Source: Lama guanicoe
Lineage: Eukaryota
Reading direction: 5' to 3'
DNA: 64,000 bases
Assembly: GCA_013239625.1 (NCBI GenBank)
Contig: MU053629.1
Location: 3,561,567-3,625,566, forward strand
This document shows, one piece after another, positions 11,901 through 26,300 of this stretch (positions are counted from its first letter, which is position 1; each line of letters begins with the position of its first letter). Both the position numbers and the translations under genes were made by a program. The notes below the pieces were generated by a model that searched no databases, was not told where the DNA came from, and worked only from the letters and a program-made list of their open reading frames with translations.

Positions 11901-14900
11901 CCCACAAATTTTCTGACCTGCCAGCACCGAGGCCTCAGACATTTCCCCAGCGGAGAGTCCCTTTCGTTGTAGGATTTGTGGATTATCTGGGCCCTCGTTG
12001 TACAGGAAGGTCATGGGAAACTGGACTGGGAACGGCCGTACATTACACCTGCCCACACTTGATTTCTAGGCTGCAGGGGGGACCGATTTATCCATGAAGC
12101 TTACTGGTTCTCTTCCCGGTGGTGGAAGAGGAGCTCGGTGGTCCTTTCCAGCCAGTCTTTGGGACCCTTAGTTTACAGTTAAGGTGAACATTTCAGTTAC
12201 AGTTTAGCCAAGCAGCGCCGTGACGCGGGCTGGGTGGAAGTCCCACTACAACCCATGCTTGTACTGGACACCTTTTCTAATCCAGTCTTTCTGGCCCTTG
12301 GAGTCTTCTGAGCACGTTCACAGGCTTGAGACAGAACTCACTAGAAATGGCTGGGCATAATAAACAAGCGGTTGACATGTATATTTGGGGTGCCCCATGT
12401 GAATGTTGAGTGTCCGTCAATGAGTTGACACAGATATATTCCAAGTTTTCTTGAGGATTTACTTGTCTTTTTTTTTTAATCCGTCATCTACACCACAGCA
12501 ACATCAATTAACCACGTTGCGCTTTTATTTATCACAGCTTCAAAAAAAGAAAAAAAAGGGAGAAAGGGAAAAAAATGTGCTGCATTGGGCCTCTTCCCTA
12601 GTAGATTTGTCTTGTCTTTTAAAAACTTCGCAGTATAATTCAGGTTGGAAGTTGTTTGACACGCCGCGGCACCGTGACATTGAAATGGTTGTAAACTAGG
12701 GGTTGCAAACGCTGTCTAATCGCTTACATTTTGGATTTATGCTTCAGATGGGAAACTCTTGTCCAGTGACGTGACTCATTACATGATCCCAGATTGGAAA
12801 ATTGTTCAAGATTACCTCGAGATCCTTGAGTTTCCGGAACTGAAGGGAATTATTTTCATGCAAACGGCTTGTCAAGCTGTGCAGCATCAAAGGGGCCGGA
12901 GGTATCTGTTTCGCGTTATTTATTTATTTATTGCACGGATTTTTTCCCGCCCCCTTTAGAGACGGTCCCTTGGGGGGGGGGAGAAATTCATTATTTTTGC
13001 CAGAAAGGACTTTTTGAACTAATTTGGCATTCTCTTTGCTACTGAGGAATGCAGTAATGTTATTTTATGTTTCTGCTTCAACACCTGGCCAAAAATCTGA
13101 CTGTAGATCAATAAGCCGCAGTGTCCCCAAGACGTGGGTATTTAAGATTCTTGGCTTTTGGTTTGCATTTTTATAGTAACAGAGCTATTGCTAACTTCTT
13201 GTTGAAAACTGCATGTTATTTAATCTTATTTATAGATACATTGTTGCAGAAGTTTACTTTTTTTTCCTCCCTTTGGGGGAAAAAATATTTTTAAATGTTA
13301 GGCTCCTGTATTGTGGAGGCAGATTGTACTTGTGATTTATTCAATGAAACAAGAGATAACTTGTTTTATTTTTAGATTACTAGTCTAACCAGCAACCACA
13401 GTAACTGTATTTTCTAAACAAAGGATTTCTGATTGAAATCAGTCTAAATAAAATACTTGCCTTGTACCTAATTGAAGAACAGTTATTTACCTTTTAAACA
13501 AATACTCTGAAAAACAGTTTTGCTTGCTTTAACATTGGGAAAAGACTTATGATTTGAACTTGAAGACTGTAGGGAAACAGCATATTAGAATTATATATCC
13601 AATCTCTTAACACCCCAAGTTAAGCAGAAGCTATGTGTTTATTCTTTTTTAAATGCTGTGGTTTCTTCAGACCTTGGTAGTAAAAGATGAAATGTGTTTA
13701 TTTGTGTATGAAAATGATAAGTTGTCCTTATATGCTGAGTTCAAAAAATATGCATTAACTAGATTGTGTGCAGGTTTTTCAGATAGAATATTTTTAAATG
13801 AGCTTGAAGTTGATTTTGTTCAGACTCAAAAATATAGTTGTTTATATACATCCAGGTTTAAATGCTGCTCCAGGTGTCGTATTTCAATTTCTGCTCCTAA
13901 AATCGATTTGTTGCTCGCATTCGGCTTGCTAACACACCACTGAGCCTTTTCAACTTCTGTTTTCTAAAATATTTTTAATATTAAGGATTGTTTTAAAAAC
14001 CAATTCCCGGGACATTCGAGAGCGAAGAATTGGAATTTAAATGTCTTTTTTTTCCTGAACATTTCTAAAGTAGTTAACTTGATAAAAAGGGATTGGTTTT
14101 CCATTGCTCTACCGTGTCTCTAAAGGCACTAAATGTAAAAACAAAAGATGAGGAGTTATGGAACCAGCCCACAGGGTAACACTCTGGTTTTCCCATTTCC
14201 TGAGTATTTTGTGAGCTCTTAGTTCCAGGCCTCCTGGAGTACAAAAAGAAGTTCTTGGTCCCTCTCTCAGTAAACCTGCTGTCTTGTCAGAGTGAGATGC
14301 AGGAAGGTAATTATGGCATACTTGGGACACATACAGGATAATTAAATGTGGACCATGCAAAGTGCAGAAATCAACATGGGATGTGGGATTTTAAATGTCT
14401 TCTGAAGGAAATAGGTTTGAGACTGGCCCTAATGCAGGGAAATGAACATGATTCATGAAAAGGAAGAAGAGGCAGGAAGAGAAACCAGCAAGTTTGGAGA
14501 CTTGATGCTTTATTTATCTGTTAAGCGACCAGCAGGTATATTCGGGTTGAAACAGCTCAGTGACCAAAATTACCTAAGCCCTGGAAAGTGTCATATTTTG
14601 AAAGCCAACATTAGGGTTGATGATAGACATTGAATATACAAGATTCAGGAGATCTGCTTTAGTAAGTTGGCTTTTGTGAGTTTTAAGTGTAAGTCATTTA
14701 TTTGAGTTTTTTATTTAATCAAAGGTGGCCAAGCAGAGGCTCTCTGGTGCTTTGCTTTGTTTAATGTTGGGAAACATTTTGTTTTGTTTTTTCAGTTCTT
14801 CCTTAGAGATACTGAGATGCTGGTGAATAATTTATTCCATTTGATATGCTTTTAGGAACATTATTGCTTAGGAAAGCTTTGTCAGGGAAAAATACCTGGT

Positions 14901-17900
14901 CTGGTCTATTATCTGGTAAAAGGATGCCCTGCTTTCTCCTTTCAATCCCCTCCTGAACGCCATCTGTGTAACTTCAGAGTCTCAGTTTCTCAGTGCATAA
15001 GATTGGAATCACAGAATATTATAGCTGGAAAGGATCTAAGAGGTCAACATGATCTAACTCCCCATCCAATGCTTCAGTGTTACTCAATGTGAGTAATGTT
15101 ATCAGCTTTGTTTCTAAAAAACAACAGTTCTCATGGATACCCAGTGTTAATAATACAATAAAGTAAATTAAATTAGTTAAATATGTTGAAATATAAATCT
15201 AGGTACAAGTCCTCATACCTAAGTACTTAATGCAACCCTTAACCCAAATCGGACCTTCAAATTAAACAAAGCTACAGTAAGAAAACTGCATCGGAGCAGT
15301 AATTTAATGTGACAGATGACATTGTCTCACTGAAATGAAATCACCAGAGTTGAGTTTAATATGAGAAAGACAGCCTCTGTGTCTACAGACGTAGGTTCTG
15401 TATTTAATATGACTTTGTATTTTGATTTCAGTAATACCAGGGCAGAAAATGCCTGTTCTCAGAAGCATATTGTACAAAGCAGTGTGAAAAATGTCAAGTT
15501 TTTGATTGTTCAGGATAATCACACGTTTGGCCATCTAACGATCATCATACTTATTTAGTGAGGGGCCATTTGATAGCCCTGTAAGGCTGACTTGTCCGCC
15601 GCATTCATTCACGTGTTCAGGTGTTCATCTGTTTATTCAACAGATACTCACTGAGAGACTGTCTATGCCAGAAGCTGTGCTAGTGCTGAGGATACAGTGG
15701 TGAACAAAAGCAGATGTGCACTTGAGGGGGAGACAGGCAGTAATCAGATAATCAGACAAACAGATGGAGACCTGCAGCTGTGACAGGCGCGCTGAGGGAG
15801 GGGTGCTTGGCTCAGGAGAGCCCAAACTAGTCAGGGAGGTGTGGAACAGCTTCCCTGAGCGAGATGCCTGTGCTGAGCTCTAAGGGATGAGTAGGAGTAA
15901 ACCAGGCGAAGAGAAGAGAAAAGCTTTCCTGGTGAGGAAACTGCCGTGTAGGGCCATGGGGAGGGAGAACGAGGGAGAAGACGGCCCTGGGTTGGATAGC
16001 AGGCCCCACTGGGCTCAGGGATGTCAGGGATTTTTAAGCTGGGTGGGATAACGTGATCAGATTTGGATTTTGAACAGGTCACTGGGCCAGTGGAGAAGAG
16101 GCATGGAGGGAAAAGAAGTGGAGGCTCCTGTTTAGTTTGGGTGAGAGATGGTGGTAGCTTAGAGATGGAGAGAGAAACAGATATTTGCAAGAACTATTTA
16201 GTAAGTGTTATAGAACTTATAAGTAGAGCCATACCATAGAACTTCCTAAGGATATAACGAAGTGAGTCGAAAACACGTCCACACAAAAACTTGTACACAC
16301 GTGTTCATAACAGCTCTAATCATAACAGCCAAAAAATGGAGACAACCCAAAAATCCATCAACTGATAATGGTTACACAAAATGTAATTTAACCATACGAT
16401 GAAATATTATTCAGCCATGACAAGGAATGAAGTACTGATATGTGCTATACCGTGGATGAACCTTAAAAATAGGATGCTAAGTGAAAGAAGCTAGCCACAA
16501 ACACAAAATCATATATTGTATGATTCCATTTTTATGAAATGCCCAGAATAGGTAGATTCAAGAGACAGAAAGTAGATTAGTGGTTGTTAGGGGATGAAGG
16601 TCAGAGGGACTGGGGGATGACTGCTTAATGGGGATAAGTTTCTTTTGGGGCTGATGAAAATGGAATTCAATAGTGGTGCTGGTTGCATAACTCTGTGTCT
16701 ACACTTAAAACCATTGAATTGTATAGCTTAGAAGGGTAAATTTTATGGTCTGTGAATTATATCTCAATAGAGCTGTTTTTTTTTTTTAATCTATAGGGCT
16801 TAGTAATGGATTTAGATACGTGAGATGAGGGAGAAGGTAGTGTTAAGTGTCAAACTCAGGTTTATGGCTTATATAACTGGATACAGAGAGGGAACACAGA
16901 GGAGGGTCGAGGGTGGGATGGTGGGGGTCATGAGTTTGAGGTGTCTTTGAGGTCTCCGAGATGGCAGGCCCTGACACCAAATGGCATTGCAGTGAGAAGA
17001 CTGCTCCAAAATATACTGCATTGAAAGTGTTTTAAAGGGGGAGGGTATAGCTCAGTGGTAGAGCGCATGCCTAGCATACACAAGGTCCCGGGTTCAATCC
17101 CCAGTACCTCCATCAATAAAATAAATAAGTAAACCTAATTACCTCCCCCAACCAAAAAATAAAAGATTAAAAAAATATTTGAAGAATATGATCTAATATA
17201 AATGGAAATAGAAGGTTGAATTCTTGTAGAAGACTCAAGGACTTCTGAAATTAAGTCTAGGAGACCCTACCTGGGTTCTGCAAAAACTGAAGAAATGCTA
17301 CCCTGAGTACAGAATTCACTCCCTTGTGCACCTCCCCACTGTTTGTGGGACGCACACCCCTAACCCCAGAGGGGGATGTTGCCTCTGTAGTTAAGGTCAC
17401 CATTCAATAAAAATGGCTTAAAAAAAAATCAATCTAGAGAAGGTAAGCTTAGCTGTCTCCCTAAGCAATTGTTTGAAATGTTTAGAAAAAGGAGATTTGG
17501 AAAACACTTAAGCCAGTCCAGGGACACTAGAGTTTTTCTGTTAAGACTGACGTTTTTAAAACTCAAGATAATTTAATTGAACTTGACTATCTGAAACTGT
17601 TCTCCTGTCATTCAGGACAGACTTGTTTAAGGCACCATGATGTTCTTTGCTGGCTCCGTGCAGGATACTCATATATCTTAATTCCATCCTATGTACCACC
17701 AACCCTGCCTAGCGAAAAATATGACTGTATTGTATATATGCACTATTAAATTATAACCATAAGCCCACATGCCTACAAGAAAACCCGACCGTCAAACTCG
17801 GAGTGACTCGCTGTTTATTTCCTGCTTTCCACATTAATATTCTTGTGCCATTTGTTCATTTGTTTTATCTGCCTGATAGGTAGCTGACAAATGGAAGCAC

Positions 17901-20900
17901 ACACTAAAAGTCTAGGGAAAATATATGGGAGTGAGACTTAGAATTGAGAAAATTCTTTAGGCTAAGTGATATATATATATTTAAACATTAGGAAGGATTG
18001 TCATTAGTCTCATTTGGTGGTACATCCCCTGGTTCCTGGAGCATCAGTGTTTGGAGAGGACCAGATGCGAGAATCCCCGGGTTAAAGTACAGGTGTGCTG
18101 AGCAGTGCAGTGGTGGACGTGAAGCCTAGCAGAAGAGTAGCTGGGTTCTGAAAATATCGGAGTTTGTCCCAAGACTTTATTGTCTTGTATTTGGATCACT
18201 GTTGTCACAGCGGGTTGTGAGTTCACTTATTCATTCGGAAAACATTTATTGAGTACCTGCTGCGAGTTAAGTACTGAGGATACAAAGAGGAACCATACTG
18301 TCTGCTTTCTTAAGCATCCTGTCCCCTCTCTCTTCCCCTGGGCCCTATGTCTATCCGACTGTCACCCATCCTCCGGTCCCTGTGCTGCCCCCTCCCAGGT
18401 GCCTTCTCCATCCCTCCCCTGATCCGGTCACACCCTGCATGTTCCTTTCAGAACACTGATCCCACTCAAACGGGTGGTTCTATTTTTCTGTTTTGTTTTG
18501 TTTTGACAGTTAGCATAGCTTTTTAAAAAATTGTGGTAAAACATATATAACGTCAATTTACCATTTTAACCATGTCTAAGGGTGTAATTTGGTGCCGTTG
18601 AGTACATTTACCCAATTGTGCAGCCCATCTCCAGAACCTTTTTCTTCTGTCCAAACTGAAATTCTAACCCGTTAAATAAATACTGATTTCCGGTTTCGCC
18701 CTCCCCAGGGCCCCTGGCAACCACCATTCTACTTTCTATCTCCATGTATTTGACTATTCAAGGAAACTCGTGTACGTGGAATCGTACAATATATGTCCTT
18801 TTGTGACTGGCTAATTTCACTCAGCGTAATGTCTCCAAGGTTCATCCAGGGGGAAGGGTATCGCTCAAGTGGTAGAGCGCATGCTCAGCACCCAAGAGGT
18901 CCCGGGTTCAATCCCCGGTACCTCCTCCAAGCGGAATTCAATGAAGAAACCTAATTACCTCCTCTTCAGAATACAAATAATACAATCAAGGTTCATCCAT
19001 GTTGTGGCGTGTGTCAGAACTCCCCTTGTAAGGCTGAACACTATTCCATGGTGTATGTTTATCCAGTCCTCCCTAGATGGACACTTGGGCTGCTTCCGCC
19101 TTTTAGCTACTATGAATAATGCTGCTGTGAACACAGGTGTTCAAGTATCTCTCCGAGACCTTGCTTTCGGTTCCTCAGGGTCTTTACCCAGAAGTGGATT
19201 GCTGGCTGGTAGGTTGGTTGTAGTTTTGGGTTTTTTGAAGAACGAGTGATTGCGTTGCGTTCACCGTGAGCAGGACTGGCGCAGACGAAGGGCAGCGGCC
19301 GGGAACCACTGTTTGCCCACCAGAGGGTGTTTAGTCAGAAAGGGAGTTTGCAAACCAACACCCGCACTCAGTCCTGGTTTCATTAGGCTTGCAGATAAAG
19401 GGAACAAAAACTGGAAAAGATCAGGAAAAATCAGCCAGTATCTTTTCAGTGTTTTCTCTGAAATAATAAATCACAGATGTTTATGAAGTCTCTTCCAAAA
19501 TCGTTTTTATTGCTTAACAAAAAAGTGTTCATTTAAAAAAGTTCACGCATGAGGGAAATGTGTAAAGCAGAAAGTGGAAGTCTTTGCCTTCGGACCCCGC
19601 AGGGACAGTCCTGTTAACCCAGTGATGTCAACTCTTCTATGCATATTCTAAGAGGTTTTTTAAAAGTAATTATAAATGTATCATTGAGAAGGTGAGAAAA
19701 TTACCAATTTCATACCCTCTAGGCACTTCCGGGACGGGTAGTGGGAGGCAGCGTTTATTTGCACAAGTGGAATTCCGTTAAGGAAAGCTGCCACTCACAG
19801 AAATGAAACTGAATCCCTTTGTTTATTAGGACATTTTGTAAGTTGCTGTTACTTGATGATTCTTTTTAAGATGGCGCAGAATTAGAATTAGTAAGAAAGC
19901 AAAATTAGCGTTTCTTGTTTTCTATGAATTGTTAAGACAACACAGGTATCGGTAGTAAGCATTTATTTAGAGAGGGCCAAAGAGTTCTGTCTTTGCTATA
20001 ATGGAAAGGCTCATTTTTAAATCCCTGGTGGCAGGCTGGAGGTGGGAAGGGAAGAGCACAAATTTTATTATATGAAATGCCAGTCATCTACTTTGGATAA
20101 TTTATACGTTAATCTAAAATCTGGCTTAATATCAATCCTAAACAATTGACTTTCTTGAAAATAATTGTGAATTTTATGTATTTCATACTACCTGGACAAT
20201 TGGAAAGTGCCTTGTTAGAAACTGACCGACAGGAGACTTCAAATTTGATTTGCTTTGGCTAGCATTATTGGAGAGATCTCCTGAGGGGAAAAACCTTAAA
20301 ACTTTCTGTTAGTTTCTGACAGATGAAGCTAGCCTTCATTCATGTAAACGAGGTGGCTGCATCAATCAGATTCACAGAAAAATTCCCAAACTTCCTGACC
20401 TTACATGTTCTTTTCTGGGGCTGCCAGCGAAAAGTAAAAAACATAATAAGAGTTTGAGATTTGCAAATGTTAGCCACTATATATAAAAATAGATAAAAAA
20501 ACAAATTTCTCTGGGATAGCACAGGGAACTGTATTCAATGTCTTGGAATAACTTTTAGTGAAAAAGAATATGAAAACTATTATATGTGCATATGCATGAC
20601 TAGGATATTGTGCTGTATACCAGAAATTGACACATTGTAACTGACTATACTTCAATTTTTATAAAAAGTGCTAATGCCTAAAGGCCATGTGTAGAACAAA
20701 GTGGGGTACACACAGTGTTCCACTCTACCTCCACATCCTCTGTGAGCCTTGGAGGAAGGGGCCATTTGGGGGTTGGGGGGGGGGGTGGGGTAATTACATA
20801 ATAGGTGACCAGACGGCTCAGAAAGGGGAGTGGGGCAGTTTCATTGATCCACAGACCAACTCACAAGACACATCCCAGCAGGCAACATGGAGATAGCAGC

Positions 20901-21482
20901 CCAAAGGTGCTGCACACACGCAGGCCAGTATAAATAAGTGTTTCTCAGGTTTTAAATAATCGATCTTTTGCTCTTAAATGCTTCATCTGTTCTGAACCTT
21001 AGCAAGAGCTGGCAGGAGATGAGTACCTGCTCCGAGAGATTTATTTTCCTCCTCTGTGTCACAGACAGTATAACAAACTGCGGAATCTCCTGAAGGACGC
21101 GCGCCATGATTGCGTTCTCTTCGCTAATGAATTCCAGCAATCCTGCTACCTCCCCCGGGAGAGAGGGGAGTCTATGGAAAAGTGGCAGAGCAGGTATGGC
21201 ATCGCGTGGCTGGGGTTTCACGCAATCATCTTTAATTTCTTTACCATCGGTTACTTGAACGGTGATCTAAATAGTGTGCTGGAGCAAACCAACAATTACT
21301 CCAGAACCATGATTAATACTGAAATGCTTATTGTGTCAGTATTCTAGATATGTCATTGGAATGCATAATTGATATATTCAGAAATTATAATTAGGGAGAT
21401 ATAGGTGCCCAGAGTGAGTTTGCCCCAGACTCTAACGGCTAGGAGGATCATTCCAGTGATGCTGAAGTCATTACTTTCATGC

Positions 21483-21523
<41 letters not shown>

Positions 21524-23331
21524 AGAGAGAGAGTGAGAGCGAGCAAGCAGCAGGGAGTGGTCCTACTTGGAAGCTAAGATCATCTCACTTTTTCTGGTAT
21601 AGATAGCTTTAATATCTCAACTGAAGTGGTAGATTAATTCTAGTAAAGCTCTTCTAGGAAGTGTGGTGTTTAGTTGAGATCACCTAAAAGCAGAGCCTGA
21701 AGCAAGGATTTGGGGGTGTGATGTTCATGTGAGAAGCAATTCCCAGAAGCAGGAGTGGGGAAGTGGGGAGAAGGAGACAGAGAGGGAGGGCAAGCAGTGA
21801 AGGATGTGTAACTGCTGTGGGAACCTGAGGCTCAGTCCTCTGGGCCCTCTAAAACCACGTAGACCGTGCCTCAGAAGTCACCTCCAAGGGCCGAGGCCAA
21901 GGCGTTTAGTTAGTTACCCCTTTAGCTGAGGGCCGTTCCCCAGGGGTGTTAACTCCAGTCAGTGGGCCCTTGAGATGGGATGGAACTGCCACCCAGCTGC
22001 CGCTGAAGTCACAGGTGGGCTAGGGTGCAGGTGCTGGGCACCAGCAGCCTCTGCCACACTCTTCTGTAGCAGGCAAAGAGGATCTTTGTAAGCTTTAAAA
22101 TGACTTCTTCATGCAAAACATTTACATCATCTTTTTCCTTTTAATTCTTTATCTGTATAGCTATTAAATATTTGAATTCCCTAAAGAAAAGTAAGCACTG
22201 ATATATACTGAGTCCTTAATAGAACCCAGGTTCCCACAGAGCTTAACACCAGAGAGGGAGAAGCCAAACCTTCTCTAGGCTGGGTCACATGTGAGTACTC
22301 ACACTTACTAACTACCCAGCCTTGCACGTAGTAGGTACTCAGTGAATTTTTTTTTAATTCTAGAACTAAAGGTACCTTACATAGCATCATAATTTGCAGA
22401 AAGGGAAACAGGTGCCTGCAGAAATGTACCCTCCAAGTTTTTAGACTTCATTGGAAACATGATCCTTTCTTGAATACTCCTCTCCAGACCTAGAATCAGT
22501 TTTCTTTGTTTTCTGGGGTTTTTTTTTTTGGTGGAGGGGAGTAGGGAGGGAGCTAAGTGGGTTTATTTATTTATTTTTAGAGGAGGTACTGAGGATCGAA
22601 CCCAGGACCTCCTGCTTGCTAAGCACGTGCTCTACCACTTGAGCTACACCCACCCCCGGACTCCATTTTCCAATTCAGATTCTTCTCAGGAAGCTTTGCA
22701 GACATTTCACATGGTACTCAATCAGTCCTTATTGGGTTATGATCTTTAGCTGCTTGCAGCTTGGTTTTTTTGTTTGTTTTTTTTTAACCAGAGACCTGCT
22801 TCTTCATCTTTTAAACCTCCCATAGTTTATCCTGTCATCCGTGTGGTGCTGTGAGGCTCAGCCCTCTAATTAAAAGGTGTGAAAAGATGGCACAGCCTCA
22901 CAGTTTTCAGGCCATGTCAAGGGATGAAAGAGGCTGCTGTGGTGGTTGGATGTCTTAGAGAAGCAGAGATGTCAGGAGCTTTCTGATTCATCTTTGTATC
23001 CCCCAGGGCATGCTTATAATGGGTGCTCAGGGAGTGTTTGTCACATGAATGAATGAATGGCTGTCTGTATAAGCCAGAGGGTAGCAGATGCGAAGCCAGG
23101 TGTACTTTTCTGAAGGGTAGCTTGTGTTGATCGGCCTTGGGAGGGCTCACGTGGCCTCTGCTTTCCTAGGAGCATATACAGCGCAGCCGTTTGGTACTAT
23201 CATCACTGCCAGGATCAGATGCCCATTGTAATGGTGACAGAAGATGAAGAGACAATTCAGCAGTATGGAAGTGACACCGAAGGAGTGTTTGTCGTCTCCT
23301 TCAAGGTATTTCCAGCTGTTTTGTATATAAT

Positions 23332-23379
<48 letters not shown>

Positions 23380-26300
23380 CGCGCGCATTTCCTTAGTAGT
23401 GCCCTAGATCCCTTTAGCAATTTGGAAAAGGGAAAATAAAGAATGAAGAAAGACTTCAAGATGGTCCATGTCTTCATTACTCCCCAGCTAATTAATCTTT
23501 TTTTTAACATTTTTTTATTGAGTTATAGTCAGTTTACGATGTTGTGTCAATTTCCAGTGTAGAGCACAATTTTTCAGTTATACATGAACATATGTATATT
23601 CACTGTCGCATTTTTTTTGCTGTGAGCTACCCCAACTAATTAATCTTGACTTTAACAAATTTAGGTGAATTCCCTGTGACTGCACGGCCCACAGCATCCA
23701 AGACTTCAGCCTAATAAGCTTCTGTTGTCAGTAAATTTATGTTTATAGTTATAATAATAGCAGTGTTAGTAACGATGATGATGAAGGTTGAATCTTATAA
23801 AATTGCCAATATTCTGGGTTTTTTTGACCTACAAAATGGCAGTTTTATATGCTTCCACCTAAATAGTAATAGCCGACATTTATCTCTGCCAGGCACTGTT
23901 TTAAGTGTATTATTGCCTTTAATTCTTGCAACAGCCCTATGAGACAGGTGTTATAATCCCCATTTCATTGATGGGGAAACTGAAGCACAGAAAGGCTAAG
24001 GAACTTGCCCAAGGTCACACAGGCAGAAAGTGATAGAACGGGGATTAGAACCCAGGCAGTCTGACTCCAAAGCTCTTAATCACCACGCGCTACTGCCTCC
24101 CACATTGTTTCCCTGAGGACACACAAAGCAGTTTTAAAGGCCAGTCTTATTTTTCCACTTTTCCTCATATTTCCTCACTTGTGACTCTGGATAGGGGTTC
24201 ATGGGTGGAAAGGAAGGGGTGAGATGTGATATTATTTATGTGAAGGTGTCGGGCCAGCTTGGTGTACATGTAACAGACAGGAGATGTGGTATCAGTGATG
24301 GTTTCTTGGGCTGTCCGAGTAACACAGTTCTTCTGTTTCTTAGGTACCTTTTGGGAGAATAGGATGCTTGTTAATCTCTCAATAGATTACTGGTCTCGAG
24401 GGGAGGGTATAGCTCAAGTGGTAGAGCACGTGCTTAGCATACACAAGGTCCTGGGTTCAATCCCCAGTACCTCCTCTAAAAAAAAAAATAAGTAAGTAAA
24501 CCTAATTACCCCCCTCCCCCCAAAATAGATTACTGGTCTCTTCTCTCTGCCCAATTGGCCAATCAAGTTCCAATGGTTGATACTATTTTTTGATTCAGAA
24601 ACTTAAATGAGGCCCTCCATTACCCTGTCAGTTTACAGAAAACCTGTTTGGATTTTGAATTGTAGATCCTATAAGGGTTCCCAGGTGCATGTATTGCTAA
24701 AGGTTTGCCAATAGAATTTTCTTGGCCATGCTATAAAAAAAAGTGTTCTGGCATGCCAGCGTTTTCCAGGGGCACTGGATATTAATGGCAGTGTCCTTTA
24801 TTTTTTCTGTTGCAATACATCATGTCTTGTTCTTGCAGAGGACAGTTGACTTAAATTACATTTTTCTACCTTTTGTGAAAATTACTCTTCTTTGTAGTCC
24901 GGTAGCATAGTACAGTATTATTTTATACAACATTTCCTAAGCAAACTGTGTGACTGAGGGCTTCAGAGAGGTGTGTGATGGCAGAAAAAAAGAGATACTG
25001 TGAAGTTTCAGATGAGCGGGAAGCCCAGAATTTTCTGAGGACCTGAAGTTAACTGGGGAAGAATGAAGACAATACATTCTTCTGGAACCCCAGCCTGTGG
25101 TTCGTAGCGGCAAAAGTTTGGTGTTAATAAGTGACAAGTGGCCATAGAATTGTTGAAGGGATGTTAACACAGACAGAACTTCTGGAAGGACTAGGGAAAG
25201 AAAGAAAGCAGTTTGAACAAGACCCTGAAATTAGTGGGAGAAGGGCTGGAACTGAGAAGAGGGATAATTTATTTTCCTTTTAATTTGAGAAAAGAGAATG
25301 TGCTAGAATCTACCTTCTTAGACTTAAAGTTGAGTTAAAAATCACACATAAACTTGATTCTTTTTTGTTTGTTTGTTTGTTTGTTTGTTTTTAGTTTTTT
25401 GAGGGACAGTAGATTGATTTTTTAGAGGCAGTACTGGGGATTGAACCCAGGACCCTGTGCATGCTTAGCATGCACTCTACCCTCCCCCACAACATAAATT
25501 TGATCTTGTTTAGTGAGAGTCAACCACCTGAGGGCATGTGTTCTAGACAGGAGGAACGGATGTAGCACAGCCAAGCTCACCATGCCAGCCTCTCGTGGGT
25601 GGTCGCCTGGGTGCTGTGTCCAGGGCCTCTCTGAACGTTACCCCAAGGGGTGCGATAATATTCAGTACTGTTCATACGATAATATGTATGAAGGATACAT
25701 ATTGTATGTACGATAATATTCAGATAATGTTCAGTACTGTTCTCCTTCGAGGGGACGCTGACCACTTGTTTGAGAGTTACGTTTCATACCAGGTCATCAC
25801 ATTGATGGCAGCATGGAGTGTCACCCACATGAAAGGTGTAACTACATCTGTATGGTCACAAAAGAAGACTCAGGCCTCCGAGTTTCCTTTCTCTTCTCTG
25901 CTAAATGAGGTTGCCGGCGAGTTGAGGGAGAGGAGACATTCCTTATACACTTTACGTCTTGCCATTTTTTGTCTGCTTATTTAGGTTTCTTAGACGTTTC
26001 AAGCGTTTCAGAGTGGGAAAAAAAAAGACAGCACACACATTAGAGCTTTTCTTCTCCACTCACTGCAGGCCGTTGTCTGCAGCAGTGAGATATGCGTAGA
26101 GACAGGCAGACTGGACATGTGCACATGCATGGATGTGCGTAGGGGGTGGGATTCGGAAGTGCAGAGTCATCAGGGAGGTGGGCGTGTCCCCTGGTAGGAA
26201 CAGCCTCCCTGGGGCCCACGTGGCCAGGCTGCAGGGACTAAGGAGGCGGCAGGAAACAGACCCCCAGCATGCGGCTTGGACGGCTGTGCTCATGTAATGC

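Noticed and set aside
10944..12097. Long overlapping ORFs (210-316 aa) on both strands
   Set aside because: They are stop-poor artefacts of the CpG island with Ala/Gly/Pro/Arg-rich composition. Only 11301-11439 is real coding sequence.
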